Shown here: positions 45,397 to 55,582 of the stretch, piece after piece | How the letters are laid out: each line of letters begins with the position of its first letter | Position numbering within the stretch: position 1 is the stretch's first letter | Origin: a virus | Lineage: Duplodnaviria > Caudoviricetes | Reading direction: 5' to 3' (one strand) | Length of the DNA stretch: 64,000 bases | IMG/VR virus record: IMGVR_UViG_3300021400_000095 | Translations under genes and position numbers: made by a program | Notes under the pieces: model-generated | Told to the model about the DNA's origin: nothing | Seen by the model: only the letters and a program-made list of their open reading frames with translations | Databases searched by the model: none

Positions 45397-46101
45397 TTAT
45401 TTAGCAGGAAAGGCAAATTTATAACAATCAGCACCTTTTCCATTTATATCATTTTTTGGATAGAATGATGGTGATTTACCTTCAAGTGGTATACAGCAAT
45501 CACCAGCATTTAAGCCATTTGCCAATTCACATGGACCACCTTGCATGAAATTTCTTTCAAATGCTTTTACATCAGCAATATCTTCATCAGAAAGTCCTTC
45601 ATAGTCACCATTTACAAGTGCAGGTAATGCCCATTCAGGAACAATTACATCATAGTAATTATTATTAAAAGAAGTAAGTTGTTCAGGTGTTACATTATCA
45701 AAATCCTCATCATCATATGATTCAAGCAAAACTTTTTGAACACTTTCTCTAATAATAGCACTCAAACTCTTATTAATTGATTCATCAAAATAACCTCTAC
45801 TTGGTGCAAAATCATATGAGGATTCTTCTTGTTCTCTATTCATTTTTTCTGCATATGCCCATGCTTGTTCTTCACTATTAGTGGTTTTAACAATATCCAT
45901 ATCATTTAAATTAAGTGACATGTCTTCAATATAGTTTCCATTCTTATCAAACATATCAGATGAAAACACATTATAAGCACCACCATCATCAACAACATAA
46001 TATTTCATGGTATCAATAAATGATTCAGATACAAGTCTTTTAACACATTCATTAACAACACTTTTTAAATCTGTTGTATTAATTGTTATTATTTTACTCA
46101 T
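45397..46101 (-). CDS. Hypothetical protein with repeated (V/I)xE(S/C)V motif
   Basis: DLKSVVNECVKRLVSES; LSAIIRESVQKVLLES. Confidence 0.75.
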   Translation of the reverse strand: MSKIITINTTDLKSVVNECVKRLVSESFIDTMKYYVVDDGGAYNVFSSDMFDKNGNYIEDMSLNLNDMDIVKTTNSEEQAWAYAEKMNREQEESSYDFAPSRGYFDESINKSLSAIIRESVQKVLLESYDDEDFDNVTPEQLTSFNNNYYDVIVPEWALPALVNGDYEGLSDEDIADVKAFERNFMQGGPCELANGLNAGDCCIPLEGKSPSFYPKNDINGKGADCYKFAFPAK

Positions 46102-46103
46102 AA

Positions 46104-46814
46104 TTAATTACTATTTAAAAGTACATTTATTTGGTTAGAATAAACTTGCATGCTTTTAATAACTTCCCTTGCACTAGGGACATCTTCTTTTTCTTTAAAT
46201 ATAACACCAAGACATGCAGTTGGAAGGCCATTTTTGCCATGCATTACATACATACCCATATATGCAACTTCTTCATTTTTTAATCTATAGTACATTTCAG
46301 GGTCACTTTCCATGCAATCATCAATAGGACCATACCAATATCCATGTTCAATAACATAAGAGGCCCAAGGATATCTTGAAAGTCTGAAATTCTTATATTC
46401 TGATTCAATAATATCATATTTATTTCTAGGGTCCATATATGTTAAGTCTGCATATAAGAAAGGAAGATTATTCAAATTTGAACCACCATTATGTGCTTCC
46501 AAAATATATGCTCTATCAGCATTAATACTTGACCTAAAATCAGAAAGTAAACTTCTAATTTGTGGGTCTGCTTGCAGTCTTTGTTTTATTCCTTCTTCAT
46601 GTTTTTCAATTGAATATTCTTGGAATTTTTCAAATACAGTTCCAGGATTAAGGATAAAATATCCAACACAGGCCGCAATAAACAAAGTTAAAAGACTTGT
46701 AAAAGTACCTTTAAGTCCTTCCTTATTAATGAATCTTTTGATTCTTTCCATCAAGCCAACAACATTATTAATCTCAGTTGTTGTGGTTTTCATAGTTTTC
46801 TTATCCTCTGCCAT
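46104..46814 (-). CDS. Membrane protein with TM + GAF-like domain (T4 holin T-like layout)
   Basis: Single TM, then ADRAYILEAHNGG. Confidence 0.5.
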   Translation of the reverse strand: MAEDKKTMKTTTTEINNVVGLMERIKRFINKEGLKGTFTSLLTLFIAACVGYFILNPGTVFEKFQEYSIEKHEEGIKQRLQADPQIRSLLSDFRSSINADRAYILEAHNGGSNLNNLPFLYADLTYMDPRNKYDIIESEYKNFRLSRYPWASYVIEHGYWYGPIDDCMESDPEMYYRLKNEEVAYMGMYVMHGKNGLPTACLGVIFKEKEDVPSAREVIKSMQVYSNQINVLLNSN

Positions 46815-47040
46815 GTTTTTTCATTATTAAGCATTGAATGCCAATTATAATTAAAAGAACTGCAACTGTGCCAATAACACCAAGTGCAGTGTTAATTTGG
46901 AATAAGAAACTTGCAGCATAGAACATACCACCAGCAATTGCAACTGCTAATATAGTGATTAAAATTGCTTCTAAATATTTTTTCCAACCAAGTTCTTTCC
47001 AAAAATCTACAATAAATTTAAAAACATTAAACATAATCAT
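46801..47040 (-). CDS. Small membrane protein
   Basis: Two TM helices. Confidence 0.7.
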   Translation of the reverse strand: MIMFNVFKFIVDFWKELGWKKYLEAILITILAVAIAGGMFYAASFLFQINTALGVIGTVAVLLIIIGIQCLIMKKHGRG

Positions 47041-47043
47041 TAA

Positions 47044-47931
47044 CTATTTTATTTCTCTTATTTTGTCCAATGTTGATTTGAAAGTCTCTTGATTTTCATT
47101 TAACCTATCTGCATAAGTTGTTTTTGTATCACTTGATTTGTAACCCATTAAATGCTTCATTCTTTCAAATTCTTCATCTAATTTAACTTTATTTGTGTGA
47201 CTTACTACATTGGCTTTGTTATTTCTCCATTCAACTAAATATATGTTACCATCACAATCCTTCATGTTAAATTTCATACCATTTTGTTTGAAATCATCAG
47301 GAATCTTACTAATCATATGATTTTCTGTGATGAACTTTGTCTTTTTATAATAAATAGTTTTAATGTTTTCATTAATTGGCTTATTTGCAGATTTTTCAGC
47401 ATCAGAAAGATGATTTATCATTTGTCTCATGTTAATACCATCTTTACTTTCATACATGCTTTCCCTATCAAAAACATCATCAGGCATTTCTCTTGCTTGT
47501 AAACCAGTTTTCTTGAAGGCTTTTTCATTCCCTTGCATTTTTTCACCAGCATCTTTTAATCCCTGATAAATGTTCTCATTATCAGAAAAATCTCCAGATT
47601 TTTCAAGACCATTGTTCATTTCTTTCTCAGAACTATAACCTTTTACTTGTGCATGCACTCTTTTCTTATACTCTGGAGTTGCATTCTCTGGATTATAGTC
47701 CAATGTGGTTTTATTTCCATCTTGCTTTTCATATTTGGCTTTCTTTTCACCAACCTCATCAGCAAGACCACCATCATAGTCTTTGGCTCTCTTTTTTGCA
47801 TCACTGTAAGCCTTACCATTGTTCTTCCTGTCTTCACTTTCAACATTTGGGCCAAGTTTTGCCTTAAACTCATTTGAACTTTCCTTGACAAGACCTTTAA
47901 TTGCTTTAACAGTCAATACCATTTCTTCCAT
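47044..47931 (-). CDS. Hypothetical, probably virion protein
   Basis: 295 aa; ends in TAG in frame with the next ATG. Confidence 0.75.
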   Translation of the reverse strand: MEEMVLTVKAIKGLVKESSNEFKAKLGPNVESEDRKNNGKAYSDAKKRAKDYDGGLADEVGEKKAKYEKQDGNKTTLDYNPENATPEYKKRVHAQVKGYSSEKEMNNGLEKSGDFSDNENIYQGLKDAGEKMQGNEKAFKKTGLQAREMPDDVFDRESMYESKDGINMRQMINHLSDAEKSANKPINENIKTIYYKKTKFITENHMISKIPDDFKQNGMKFNMKDCDGNIYLVEWRNNKANVVSHTNKVKLDEEFERMKHLMGYKSSDTKTTYADRLNENQETFKSTLDKIREIK

Positions 47932-47960
47932 AGTTATTTATTTTGTATATAATTTATTTA

Positions 47961-48368
47961 TTAATTATCTCCTGTTTTATATACCAAAGTATCATCATCA
48001 TAATCATCATCAATACAACCATAAACACTATAATCACCAAACTTATTTGTTGATTCTTTTTGTTTTGCATCATTAACTGCCTCCATATATGGGTCATATG
48101 ATGGGTCTGACATATCCTTTGTATAATTTCCTAATATTGCACCATCAGATTCATCAACCAAGACATATGCATCATAATCCATGTCATCAATGATTCTTTG
48201 TCTCTCTTGTTCTGCTTCCTCTTTGGCATAATATTCCATTGCTTCATCTTCATCAGAAAAGTGCTTTCTGTAAAAATCCTCTTCATCTGGATAATCACCA
48301 TAAGATTCAACAATCTGTCTTACACTTTCCTTTACCATTTCTTTTATGTCATCTACTGTGATTTTCAT
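47961..48368 (-). CDS. Acidic hypothetical protein with N-terminal KITVDDIKEMVKESV motif
   Basis: ORF in late-type operon. Confidence 0.75.
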   Translation of the reverse strand: MKITVDDIKEMVKESVRQIVESYGDYPDEEDFYRKHFSDEDEAMEYYAKEEAEQERQRIIDDMDYDAYVLVDESDGAILGNYTKDMSDPSYDPYMEAVNDAKQKESTNKFGDYSVYGCIDDDYDDDTLVYKTGDN

Positions 48369-48571
48369 TACCAAGGTATATTTCTTCTATAATTATTATA
48401 ATAACCTGAATTAAGTTCCATCCCTCTCATTAGTTGTTGCATTCTTAATTGTAACAATTTTTCATTATCTGGCTTTTCTTCACTCAATTCATTTTTTATT
48501 TTATCATTTATTTTTGATAAATCTCTTAATACATTTGGGTCAAAACTTTGACTAAATTCTTGTCTAACCAT
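48368..48571 (-). CDS. Small hypothetical protein
   Basis: 67 aa, tightly packed. Confidence 0.65.
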   Translation of the reverse strand: MVRQEFSQSFDPNVLRDLSKINDKIKNELSEEKPDNEKLLQLRMQQLMRGMELNSGYYNNYRRNIPW

Positions 48572-48572
48572 T

Positions 48573-49841
48573 TTATTTTTTAATTGATTTTGCTATCATG
48601 TTTTTGTGGTCATATGCAGGGTCTTTCTTTTTACTGAAAGGTGGAGCATCATAACCAAAATCTCCAAATCTTGTGTCCATTTCAACAGCTTCTTTTAAAT
48701 AATCAATTTGCTCTTGTGTTAAATAAACAGTTCTTTTAATTGGCTTGCCAAACAATGGCTGACAATATTGCCCTGAAGCATCTGCTGATGTTGCACCACC
48801 ACCTTCACCATCTTCATTGATAACAGATTCATGCATAGGCTCAGATGATGTGTTCCCTGTGTTTTCAATATTCATAATATTTTTATCATATTTAATAAGT
48901 GATATATCATTAAAATTCTTTTTCAAACTGCTTTTAATTTCCTTTGGGTTTTTCCAACTCTTTATGAATTCTTCATTATGATATAAAGTCCTTAATATGT
49001 TTTTAGCAAATTCAATAGCATTGTTAAATGCATCTGTAAATAATAACTCATCTTCTTTATATTTTTTGATAAAATCAATTAATACACCAACATTTGCCCA
49101 CATTAAATCACTGTTTCCACTATTATTGATTTTATTTATCAAATATTGTAATGCAAATTCACCAAACTTATCTTGATTGTCAAGTGCTGAATCATTTTCA
49201 AGAATTCCAGTTCCCCAAGCACCTTCAGTAATAGGACTAATTTTAATTGTAACATCATAAACATCATCCAATGTATCAATATTAACATCATTTATATATA
49301 CATTGTTTTCTTTTGACATGTTTTTGATGTCTTTTCCAATTTTTACTAATTCATCAGATAAACCCCATCCATTCTTACCAAAACTATATTTAATCTCATC
49401 ACCATCTTTTTCCTTTTTTATTTCTGATGGAAGTTCATTTGCATTCATTTCATTTAATTGATTACCTTCTATAATATGTGATTCAAATGTGTTTATGTAA
49501 AGATTTCTCATCTTTTTCATGTAATCTTTTCTTGGTAATTTGTATTTAATATGAAATTTATCCTTCCCTGTACTATTACCATCTTCATCAACATCAGGCT
49601 TAATCCTTTCAGTCCTAATTAAAATTGCACTGTTTTCATCTGATGGGTCACTTCTCTTTAACAATAATTCCAATGCCTTTGGACTGTCAATACCATGTGC
49701 TAATAGATACCTATCAACACTTGCTGACTTTGGACTTGTCAACAATTGCTTAATAAAATATTCCATATGAGATATGAAACCATATCTTGTCATTTCATCA
49801 TTCTCTGGAATATATGATTCTATTAAACCCATATAATTCAT
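48573..49841 (-). CDS. Hypothetical, probably virion protein
   Basis: 422 aa; INEDGEGGGAT..SGQY..PLFG. Confidence 0.75.
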   Translation of the reverse strand: MNYMGLIESYIPENDEMTRYGFISHMEYFIKQLLTSPKSASVDRYLLAHGIDSPKALELLLKRSDPSDENSAILIRTERIKPDVDEDGNSTGKDKFHIKYKLPRKDYMKKMRNLYINTFESHIIEGNQLNEMNANELPSEIKKEKDGDEIKYSFGKNGWGLSDELVKIGKDIKNMSKENNVYINDVNIDTLDDVYDVTIKISPITEGAWGTGILENDSALDNQDKFGEFALQYLINKINNSGNSDLMWANVGVLIDFIKKYKEDELLFTDAFNNAIEFAKNILRTLYHNEEFIKSWKNPKEIKSSLKKNFNDISLIKYDKNIMNIENTGNTSSEPMHESVINEDGEGGGATSADASGQYCQPLFGKPIKRTVYLTQEQIDYLKEAVEMDTRFGDFGYDAPPFSKKKDPAYDHKNMIAKSIKK

Positions 49842-49843
49842 GA

Positions 49844-50101
49844 CTATTTCTGTATTTCACTTTGATAAAATGCACTCCTTTGCCACAATGTCCTAAACAA
49901 TGTGTCAACTGATTTTGCTACTATCTTCTTAACTTGTTTTTCAAGTTCTTTATCATTCTTAATAGCATCTTTTGCAATATCTTTGACCTTTTTATTGAAT
50001 TCCTGATTCTTTAATATGTCATCAATATTGCCCTCAGTAATGATTCCTTCCATTACTAATTTCTTAGCCATTGATTCTGAAACAATTACCTTTTTAGCCA
50101 T
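49844..50101 (-). CDS. Small hypothetical protein
   Basis: First gene after ACTATTTAT at ~50125-50133. Confidence 0.7.
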   Translation of the reverse strand: MAKKVIVSESMAKKLVMEGIITEGNIDDILKNQEFNKKVKDIAKDAIKNDKELEKQVKKIVAKSVDTLFRTLWQRSAFYQSEIQK

Positions 50102-50266
50102 TTTTGTATATTTTTATTCATAGATAAATAGTTTTATTATCTAAAAAAGACTTAATTATTTGCTTTTCTTAGTTTTATTTTGTATTTTTGAATTGTCAAA
50201 ATATTATTATAAAATAATATGCTTTTGGCATGATTTTTGATAATGAATAAGGAAAATAATTTTTAT

Positions 50267-51859
50267 ATGAAAGAAATGTTTAAAATATCTGAAAATGCAA
50301 ATCCAAACTACCTTGCATTGATTACTAAAATTGGTGAAACCCATCCAATTGAAGGTGCTGATAGGCTTCTTAGAACCACTGTTAATGGTTTTGACATTGT
50401 TGTTGGTAATAACATGAAAGAAGGGGATATTGTTGTATATGTTCCTGTGGAATCTGCACTTTCTGAAAAGTTCCTTTCTACAAATAACTTGTATGAACTT
50501 GATGAATGGCAAAAAAATGCCAATGCATCTGAAATTGGTGTTCTTTATACCAAACTTAATGAACTTAAGTCTGAAGGTAAAAAGGATGAAGCAGATGCTG
50601 TTTATAAGGAAATTAAATCTAAGGTTGGATATTTTACCAATAAGAATAGGGTTAGAATTATTAACCTTAGAGGTTGCCCTTCTAATGGCTTTGTTGCTGG
50701 TGTTGATTCTCTTGTAAAATATAATTCTGAACTTGCTAATTCTAACTGGGAAGAACTTGTTGGAACTTATTTTAATTATGTAGGTGATGATGAGTTTTGT
50801 AAGAAATACATCCCTACTATCAAAGATAATAATGTTCCTCAAAATAATAGGAAAGGTACTAAAAAAGCACAAAAGAAACTGCAAAGGTTTGATAGACTTG
50901 TCCCTGGTCAGTATGAATTCCATTATGACACAATCAGACTTGATGCAACCAATATGCAAACTTTTATTCAACCAACTGATACTGTAACTATTACAGTAAA
51001 GGTACATGGTGCTCTTGCTGAAATGGCAAATGTTCTTATTAATAAGAAACTTTCTGTTTGGGAGAAAATTAAGAAATTCATTGGTTTTCATGTTGAAACC
51101 ACTGAATATGGAAATGTCTATTCTTCACATAAGGTAATCAAAAATAGATATATTAATAAGGGTGAAATTAATAATTTCTATGGTGCTGACATTTGGGGTT
51201 GTGTAAATAGGGACTTTGGTAAGTACCTTTCTGAAGGCATGACTGTTTATGGTGAGGTTGCTGGTTATGTTGAAGGCTCTGATAAAATGATTCAAAAAAA
51301 TCATGACTATGGTTGTAAGCCTGGTTGTTGGAAATTCATGCCTTATAGAATTACTGAAACTGACAAATATGGTAATTCAAGAGAATGGAACATTTCTGAA
51401 ATTTTTAAGTGGACCATTGATTTAATGGTTGCTCACCCTGAACTTGAAGATAAAATTCTTCCTATTAAGATACTTTATCATGGAAGAATTTGTGACTTGT
51501 ACCCTGATATTGAAATTGATGAAAAATGGTATAGTAATTTCCTTGAAAGACTTCATAATGATAAGAACTTCTATATGGAGTTAAAGGAACCCATGTGCCA
51601 TCTTTATGAGGAAGAAGCAAATGCAGCAAAGAAAGCACTTGATAAGGCAATTGCTGATGGTGAATCAAAGAAAATCATTGCTAAACTTGAAAAAGAGTTT
51701 AACAAATGGGAAGATATGAGAGCACCAAGGGAAGGTGTTGTTATTAGAATTGATAATGATGCCAAGGCAGAAGCTTTTAAAGTTAAGACTAATGCCCACT
51801 ACGGGGTTGAATGTGCACAACATGATGCTGGTGAAGTTGATATTGAGGAAATTTCATAA
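50267..51859 (+). CDS. RNA ligase (Rnl2/DRB0094-type) with N-terminal OB domain
   Basis: PIEGADRL, motif I TVKVHG, VYGE, REGVV, FKVK. Confidence 0.85.
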   Translation: MKEMFKISENANPNYLALITKIGETHPIEGADRLLRTTVNGFDIVVGNNMKEGDIVVYVPVESALSEKFLSTNNLYELDEWQKNANASEIGVLYTKLNELKSEGKKDEADAVYKEIKSKVGYFTNKNRVRIINLRGCPSNGFVAGVDSLVKYNSELANSNWEELVGTYFNYVGDDEFCKKYIPTIKDNNVPQNNRKGTKKAQKKLQRFDRLVPGQYEFHYDTIRLDATNMQTFIQPTDTVTITVKVHGALAEMANVLINKKLSVWEKIKKFIGFHVETTEYGNVYSSHKVIKNRYINKGEINNFYGADIWGCVNRDFGKYLSEGMTVYGEVAGYVEGSDKMIQKNHDYGCKPGCWKFMPYRITETDKYGNSREWNISEIFKWTIDLMVAHPELEDKILPIKILYHGRICDLYPDIEIDEKWYSNFLERLHNDKNFYMELKEPMCHLYEEEANAAKKALDKAIADGESKKIIAKLEKEFNKWEDMRAPREGVVIRIDNDAKAEAFKVKTNAHYGVECAQHDAGEVDIEEIS

Positions 51860-52065
51860 TGAAAAGGGTTGTTAAATATATTCCAGTTGACCCATATTAT
51901 TCTGAACAAACTCAGACCTATATTGGGTCAACTGCTTCTGAAGTTGATAATATTCAATATGAAACTGAAGAATTTATGGCAAGAAATCATACAAATTTGG
52001 GTATGATTTATAAAACTGAAACAATTTTTGACAATACAAATGAGTTTGGCATGAATTTTGATTAA
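51859..52065 (+). CDS. Small hypothetical protein
   Basis: 68 aa, overlaps the ligase stop. Confidence 0.65.
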   Translation: MKRVVKYIPVDPYYSEQTQTYIGSTASEVDNIQYETEEFMARNHTNLGMIYKTETIFDNTNEFGMNFD

Positions 52066-52119
52066 GTTAAAATAGAAAATTAACAAATACATTATTAACA
52101 ACAAAAAAAAATTAGAACA

Positions 52120-52974
52120 ATGGCAGATACAATGCTTTCTTTTAGTAGGAATCTTAGTTCCACTTTTCTTACTGAGGATGAACTTAAGAAGATTTGTCCT
52201 ATGGCTTTTAAGACTGAGCCTACCAACCCTGATGTTTCTGACAAGTACACTATGGCAACCACTATGGATGTTGTAAATGACATGGCACAGATTGGTTGGT
52301 TTCCAACTCAGGCAAAGCAGTGCAGGGGAAAGAAGAATTCAAAGGGGATTAGGAGTTATCATATGATTTCTTTTCAAAATCCTGATATTAAGATTTTGAA
52401 GGATGGTGAAATTGAAGCCTATCCAACCATTATTTTGCAGAACTCTCATGATGGTTTCAGTTCTTTTAAGTTTATGTGTGGCCTCTATCGGCTAGTATGT
52501 AGCAACGGATTAATTTTGGCTGATGCTGAATATGCAAGTGTTTCCATTAGACATATCAATTACAATTTTGAAGAACTCAGGCATGTTATTAATGACATTG
52601 TTGAAAAACTTCCTGAAAAGATTGCTGTAATTAATAAGATGAAGTCAACTGAACTTACTGAGGAACAGAAGACTGAGTTTGCAACCAATGTTATTAAGGT
52701 TAGAAAAGATATCCCCATTGAAAAGGAGATTGAGGTTAGTAATGACACTATTACTGACATTTTAACACCTATTAGGAAAGAAGATGAAGGTAACAATTTG
52801 TGGGCAATCTACAATGTTCTTCAGGAGAAGATTATCAATGGATATTTCTCTTATGCCAAGGATGAAAGAACCAAAGCAAGGAAGATGAGGAAGATTACCA
52901 GCCCTATTAAGGACATTAATATTAACTGTGAATTGTTTAAACTGGCCAGTAACTACATGAATGTTGCTGCATAA
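52120..52974 (+). CDS. DUF932/DUF945 family protein
   Basis: NSHDGFSSF, GLYRLVCSNGL, NNLWAIYNVLQE. Confidence 0.9.
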   Translation: MADTMLSFSRNLSSTFLTEDELKKICPMAFKTEPTNPDVSDKYTMATTMDVVNDMAQIGWFPTQAKQCRGKKNSKGIRSYHMISFQNPDIKILKDGEIEAYPTIILQNSHDGFSSFKFMCGLYRLVCSNGLILADAEYASVSIRHINYNFEELRHVINDIVEKLPEKIAVINKMKSTELTEEQKTEFATNVIKVRKDIPIEKEIEVSNDTITDILTPIRKEDEGNNLWAIYNVLQEKIINGYFSYAKDERTKARKMRKITSPIKDININCELFKLASNYMNVAA

Positions 52975-52986
52975 ATATAAATTAAT

Positions 52987-53271
52987 ATGAGTGATTTGCT
53001 AAATAAGAAATTTTTTAAGCACAAGAAGTTGAATACATTTTATCTCAAAAGGTTCAAGACTGAATCAAAGAGTAATTTTCAGGTTTGGAAGAAAAATGGT
53101 AAATATTATGTTGCAATAGGTGTAATATCTGTTGGTGACAGTCTTTATGCTGAAGAAACCATTGATTATGGGACTAACATTATTGAAGCAAGGAAGTATT
53201 GTGATGAACTTAGGCAAAATTATATCTTAAATGAAGTAAAAAGATATAAGAATTTAAAGAAAGTATATTAA
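52987..53271 (+). CDS. Hypothetical protein
   Basis: 94 aa ORF. Confidence 0.65.
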   Translation: MSDLLNKKFFKHKKLNTFYLKRFKTESKSNFQVWKKNGKYYVAIGVISVGDSLYAEETIDYGTNIIEARKYCDELRQNYILNEVKRYKNLKKVY

Positions 53272-54533
53272 TGATAGAAAAGTTATTTAAAATAAACATA
53301 TGTGAAAAACATCCTGAATATTGTTCCATTGAATATTTATGGGACAATATTTGGTCTATACCTGAGTTTGCAATTTTAAAGACATGTGAACAAAATCCAA
53401 AATGGCATGGTGAAGGAAATGTTATGAACCACACTGCACTTGTCATAAAGCATGCACTTCAAATTGTGAACAATGATATGACCTATGATGGTATTCATAT
53501 TAATGGATATTTGGATGCTGAAAGCAATCATAAAAGAAATGAATTTGAAACTGTTTGGCTTGACAAGAAGCATTTCAATGATACATTAATTTTGCTTACA
53601 GCAGCATTGTTTCATGATATTGGCAAAGGTGTAACAACCAGGCTTGGAAAAGATGGAAATTATCATTCATATAATCATGAATTTGAGGGTGAAAAACTTA
53701 CCAGATTACTTTTATGGGATGAAAACATTCATTTTAGGGAAGCAGTTTGTTCATTGGTTAAATACCATATGATGCCATTAAGTCTTTTTAATAGTAAAGA
53801 TTATTTGGAAAAAATTGTACAAATTTCACATAATGTTCCATCTTGGGAATTATTATTGAAATTAAAGTCATGTGATTTGGAAGGTTCCTTACAGGAGGAT
53901 AATCTTTTAAAGGAAAGGGACACCTTATATTTATCTGAATTGGTAGATATCACAACAAATATTAATTTCAAAGGTTTTCCATCAAAGAGACATTATGGTA
54001 TCAAGTATTATGAAAGAAACACCAAAAAACCATTGGATATTTATATTTTGATTGGGCTTTCAGGTGCTGGTAAAAATACTTTTATCAACAATATATTTGA
54101 AGATGATGTTGTTGCCATTAATGGCAAAGTTATAAAGAAACTTGACAAAGATAATACTACCATTATTTCAAGGGATGATATTAGGATTAAACTTGGATAT
54201 TGTTCTGAGAATGAAAAAATTGTTGGCACTACTGAACAGGAAAATAAGGTATCAGAAGTTTTCAATGAAGAAGTTCTATCTGCTGCAAAAGAAGGAAAAA
54301 CAATTATCATTAATAATATTAATTTAAAGAAGGAATATAGGTCACAGATAATAAACATGTTTTCAAACTATTGTTTGACAATAAATTATGTTTATATACA
54401 GGCAGACAAACTACAAAAGAATTTTGATAGAAGAGAAGGTCAAATGAACTCAGATTCAATTATTAGACAAATAAAGAATTTTGATTGGCCAGATTTCTAT
54501 GAATATGATAAATTTTACATTCTCACAAATTAA
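53271..54533 (+). CDS. HD-domain phosphohydrolase fused to P-loop (polynucleotide kinase-like) domain
   Basis: Q..WHGEGNV..HT, FHDIGK; GLSGAGKNT, ISRDDIR. Confidence 0.88.
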   Translation: MIEKLFKINICEKHPEYCSIEYLWDNIWSIPEFAILKTCEQNPKWHGEGNVMNHTALVIKHALQIVNNDMTYDGIHINGYLDAESNHKRNEFETVWLDKKHFNDTLILLTAALFHDIGKGVTTRLGKDGNYHSYNHEFEGEKLTRLLLWDENIHFREAVCSLVKYHMMPLSLFNSKDYLEKIVQISHNVPSWELLLKLKSCDLEGSLQEDNLLKERDTLYLSELVDITTNINFKGFPSKRHYGIKYYERNTKKPLDIYILIGLSGAGKNTFINNIFEDDVVAINGKVIKKLDKDNTTIISRDDIRIKLGYCSENEKIVGTTEQENKVSEVFNEEVLSAAKEGKTIIINNINLKKEYRSQIINMFSNYCLTINYVYIQADKLQKNFDRREGQMNSDSIIRQIKNFDWPDFYEYDKFYILTN

Positions 54534-54599
54534 TTTGTGAGAATTTTTTTTTTATTTTTGGCATATTTTTTGTATATTTGTAAAAAGGTACAATATAAT

Positions 54600-55580
54600 A
54601 TGGATGAAATTAGTTTAATACAAAAAATAGGTGGAAATACAACACCAAATGACATACTTGAAATTGAAAATAAAGTCATTAAATTAGTTGAGGAAAGGGG
54701 TGTTGCACCTTTTCCTTACAAAAACATTATTAGTTCTATTGTAGAATATATTAAAAAAGAAACAAATTTAAATAAACCAACAGCAACAGTTGGGGAAAAG
54801 AAGCTTTACATACCATATGAGATTACCAGTAAAATTGATTTTATTGATAATTTAAATATTGAGGTTAATGTGGAATATACTACTGATGAGAAAAAACTTA
54901 GCAATTCAGGTGGTGGTATTACACATTTTTCCACAAGACCTAGAATGGTTAATGGAAAACTTGACAATATTACAATTGTAATACATTGTTTATCAATGTA
55001 TGGGTATTTGTTAGAAAGAACATTGTATAATTCATTATATCATGAAATACATCATGCATATGAAGCATATTTAGATTTAAAGAAAAATGGATATTATAAA
55101 AGATGGCTCAACCAAGTCAAGAAATCTAATATTAATGTTACTGATATTTTTAATAATAATGAAGACAATAATTTGTTTAATATAATATTATATAGGTTAT
55201 TTTCTGAAACTGAATTTAATGCACTTATTTCAGGCTTATATGGTGATTTAAAAGGATTTCATTCAATTAGGCAAAACTTTCAAAAAGATATTAAAAATAC
55301 ACAAGCATATTATATTTACTATTTAATCAGTCAAAATTATAAAGCACTTTATGCAAAAATAAATGACAGTAATATTAGTAAAGTTAAAAATTTATTGGTT
55401 GACCATGGGATTATATTAAATCCATATAATAATTCAACAGCAAGTTATGTTAAAGAACTTTCAAGAAAAACAAATTATTTGTTAAAGGATTTAATTAAAG
55501 GTATTGGAAGGGCTGCTTCATTATATTATGATAATCAAGAGGAAAAATTTCCAGATAAAAATATTAAAATAGAAAATTAA
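54600..55580 (+). CDS. HExxH metallopeptidase-like protein
   Basis: LYHEIHHAYE, ETEFNA. Confidence 0.65.
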   Translation: MDEISLIQKIGGNTTPNDILEIENKVIKLVEERGVAPFPYKNIISSIVEYIKKETNLNKPTATVGEKKLYIPYEITSKIDFIDNLNIEVNVEYTTDEKKLSNSGGGITHFSTRPRMVNGKLDNITIVIHCLSMYGYLLERTLYNSLYHEIHHAYEAYLDLKKNGYYKRWLNQVKKSNINVTDIFNNNEDNNLFNIILYRLFSETEFNALISGLYGDLKGFHSIRQNFQKDIKNTQAYYIYYLISQNYKALYAKINDSNISKVKNLLVDHGIILNPYNNSTASYVKELSRKTNYLLKDLIKGIGRAASLYYDNQEEKFPDKNIKIEN

Positions 55581-55582
55581 AT

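Noticed and set aside
50207-51091. 294-aa antisense ORF (also 14266, 11179, 11288, 40094 and similar)
   Set aside because: Shadow frames opposite well-supported genes; no recognisable motifs.
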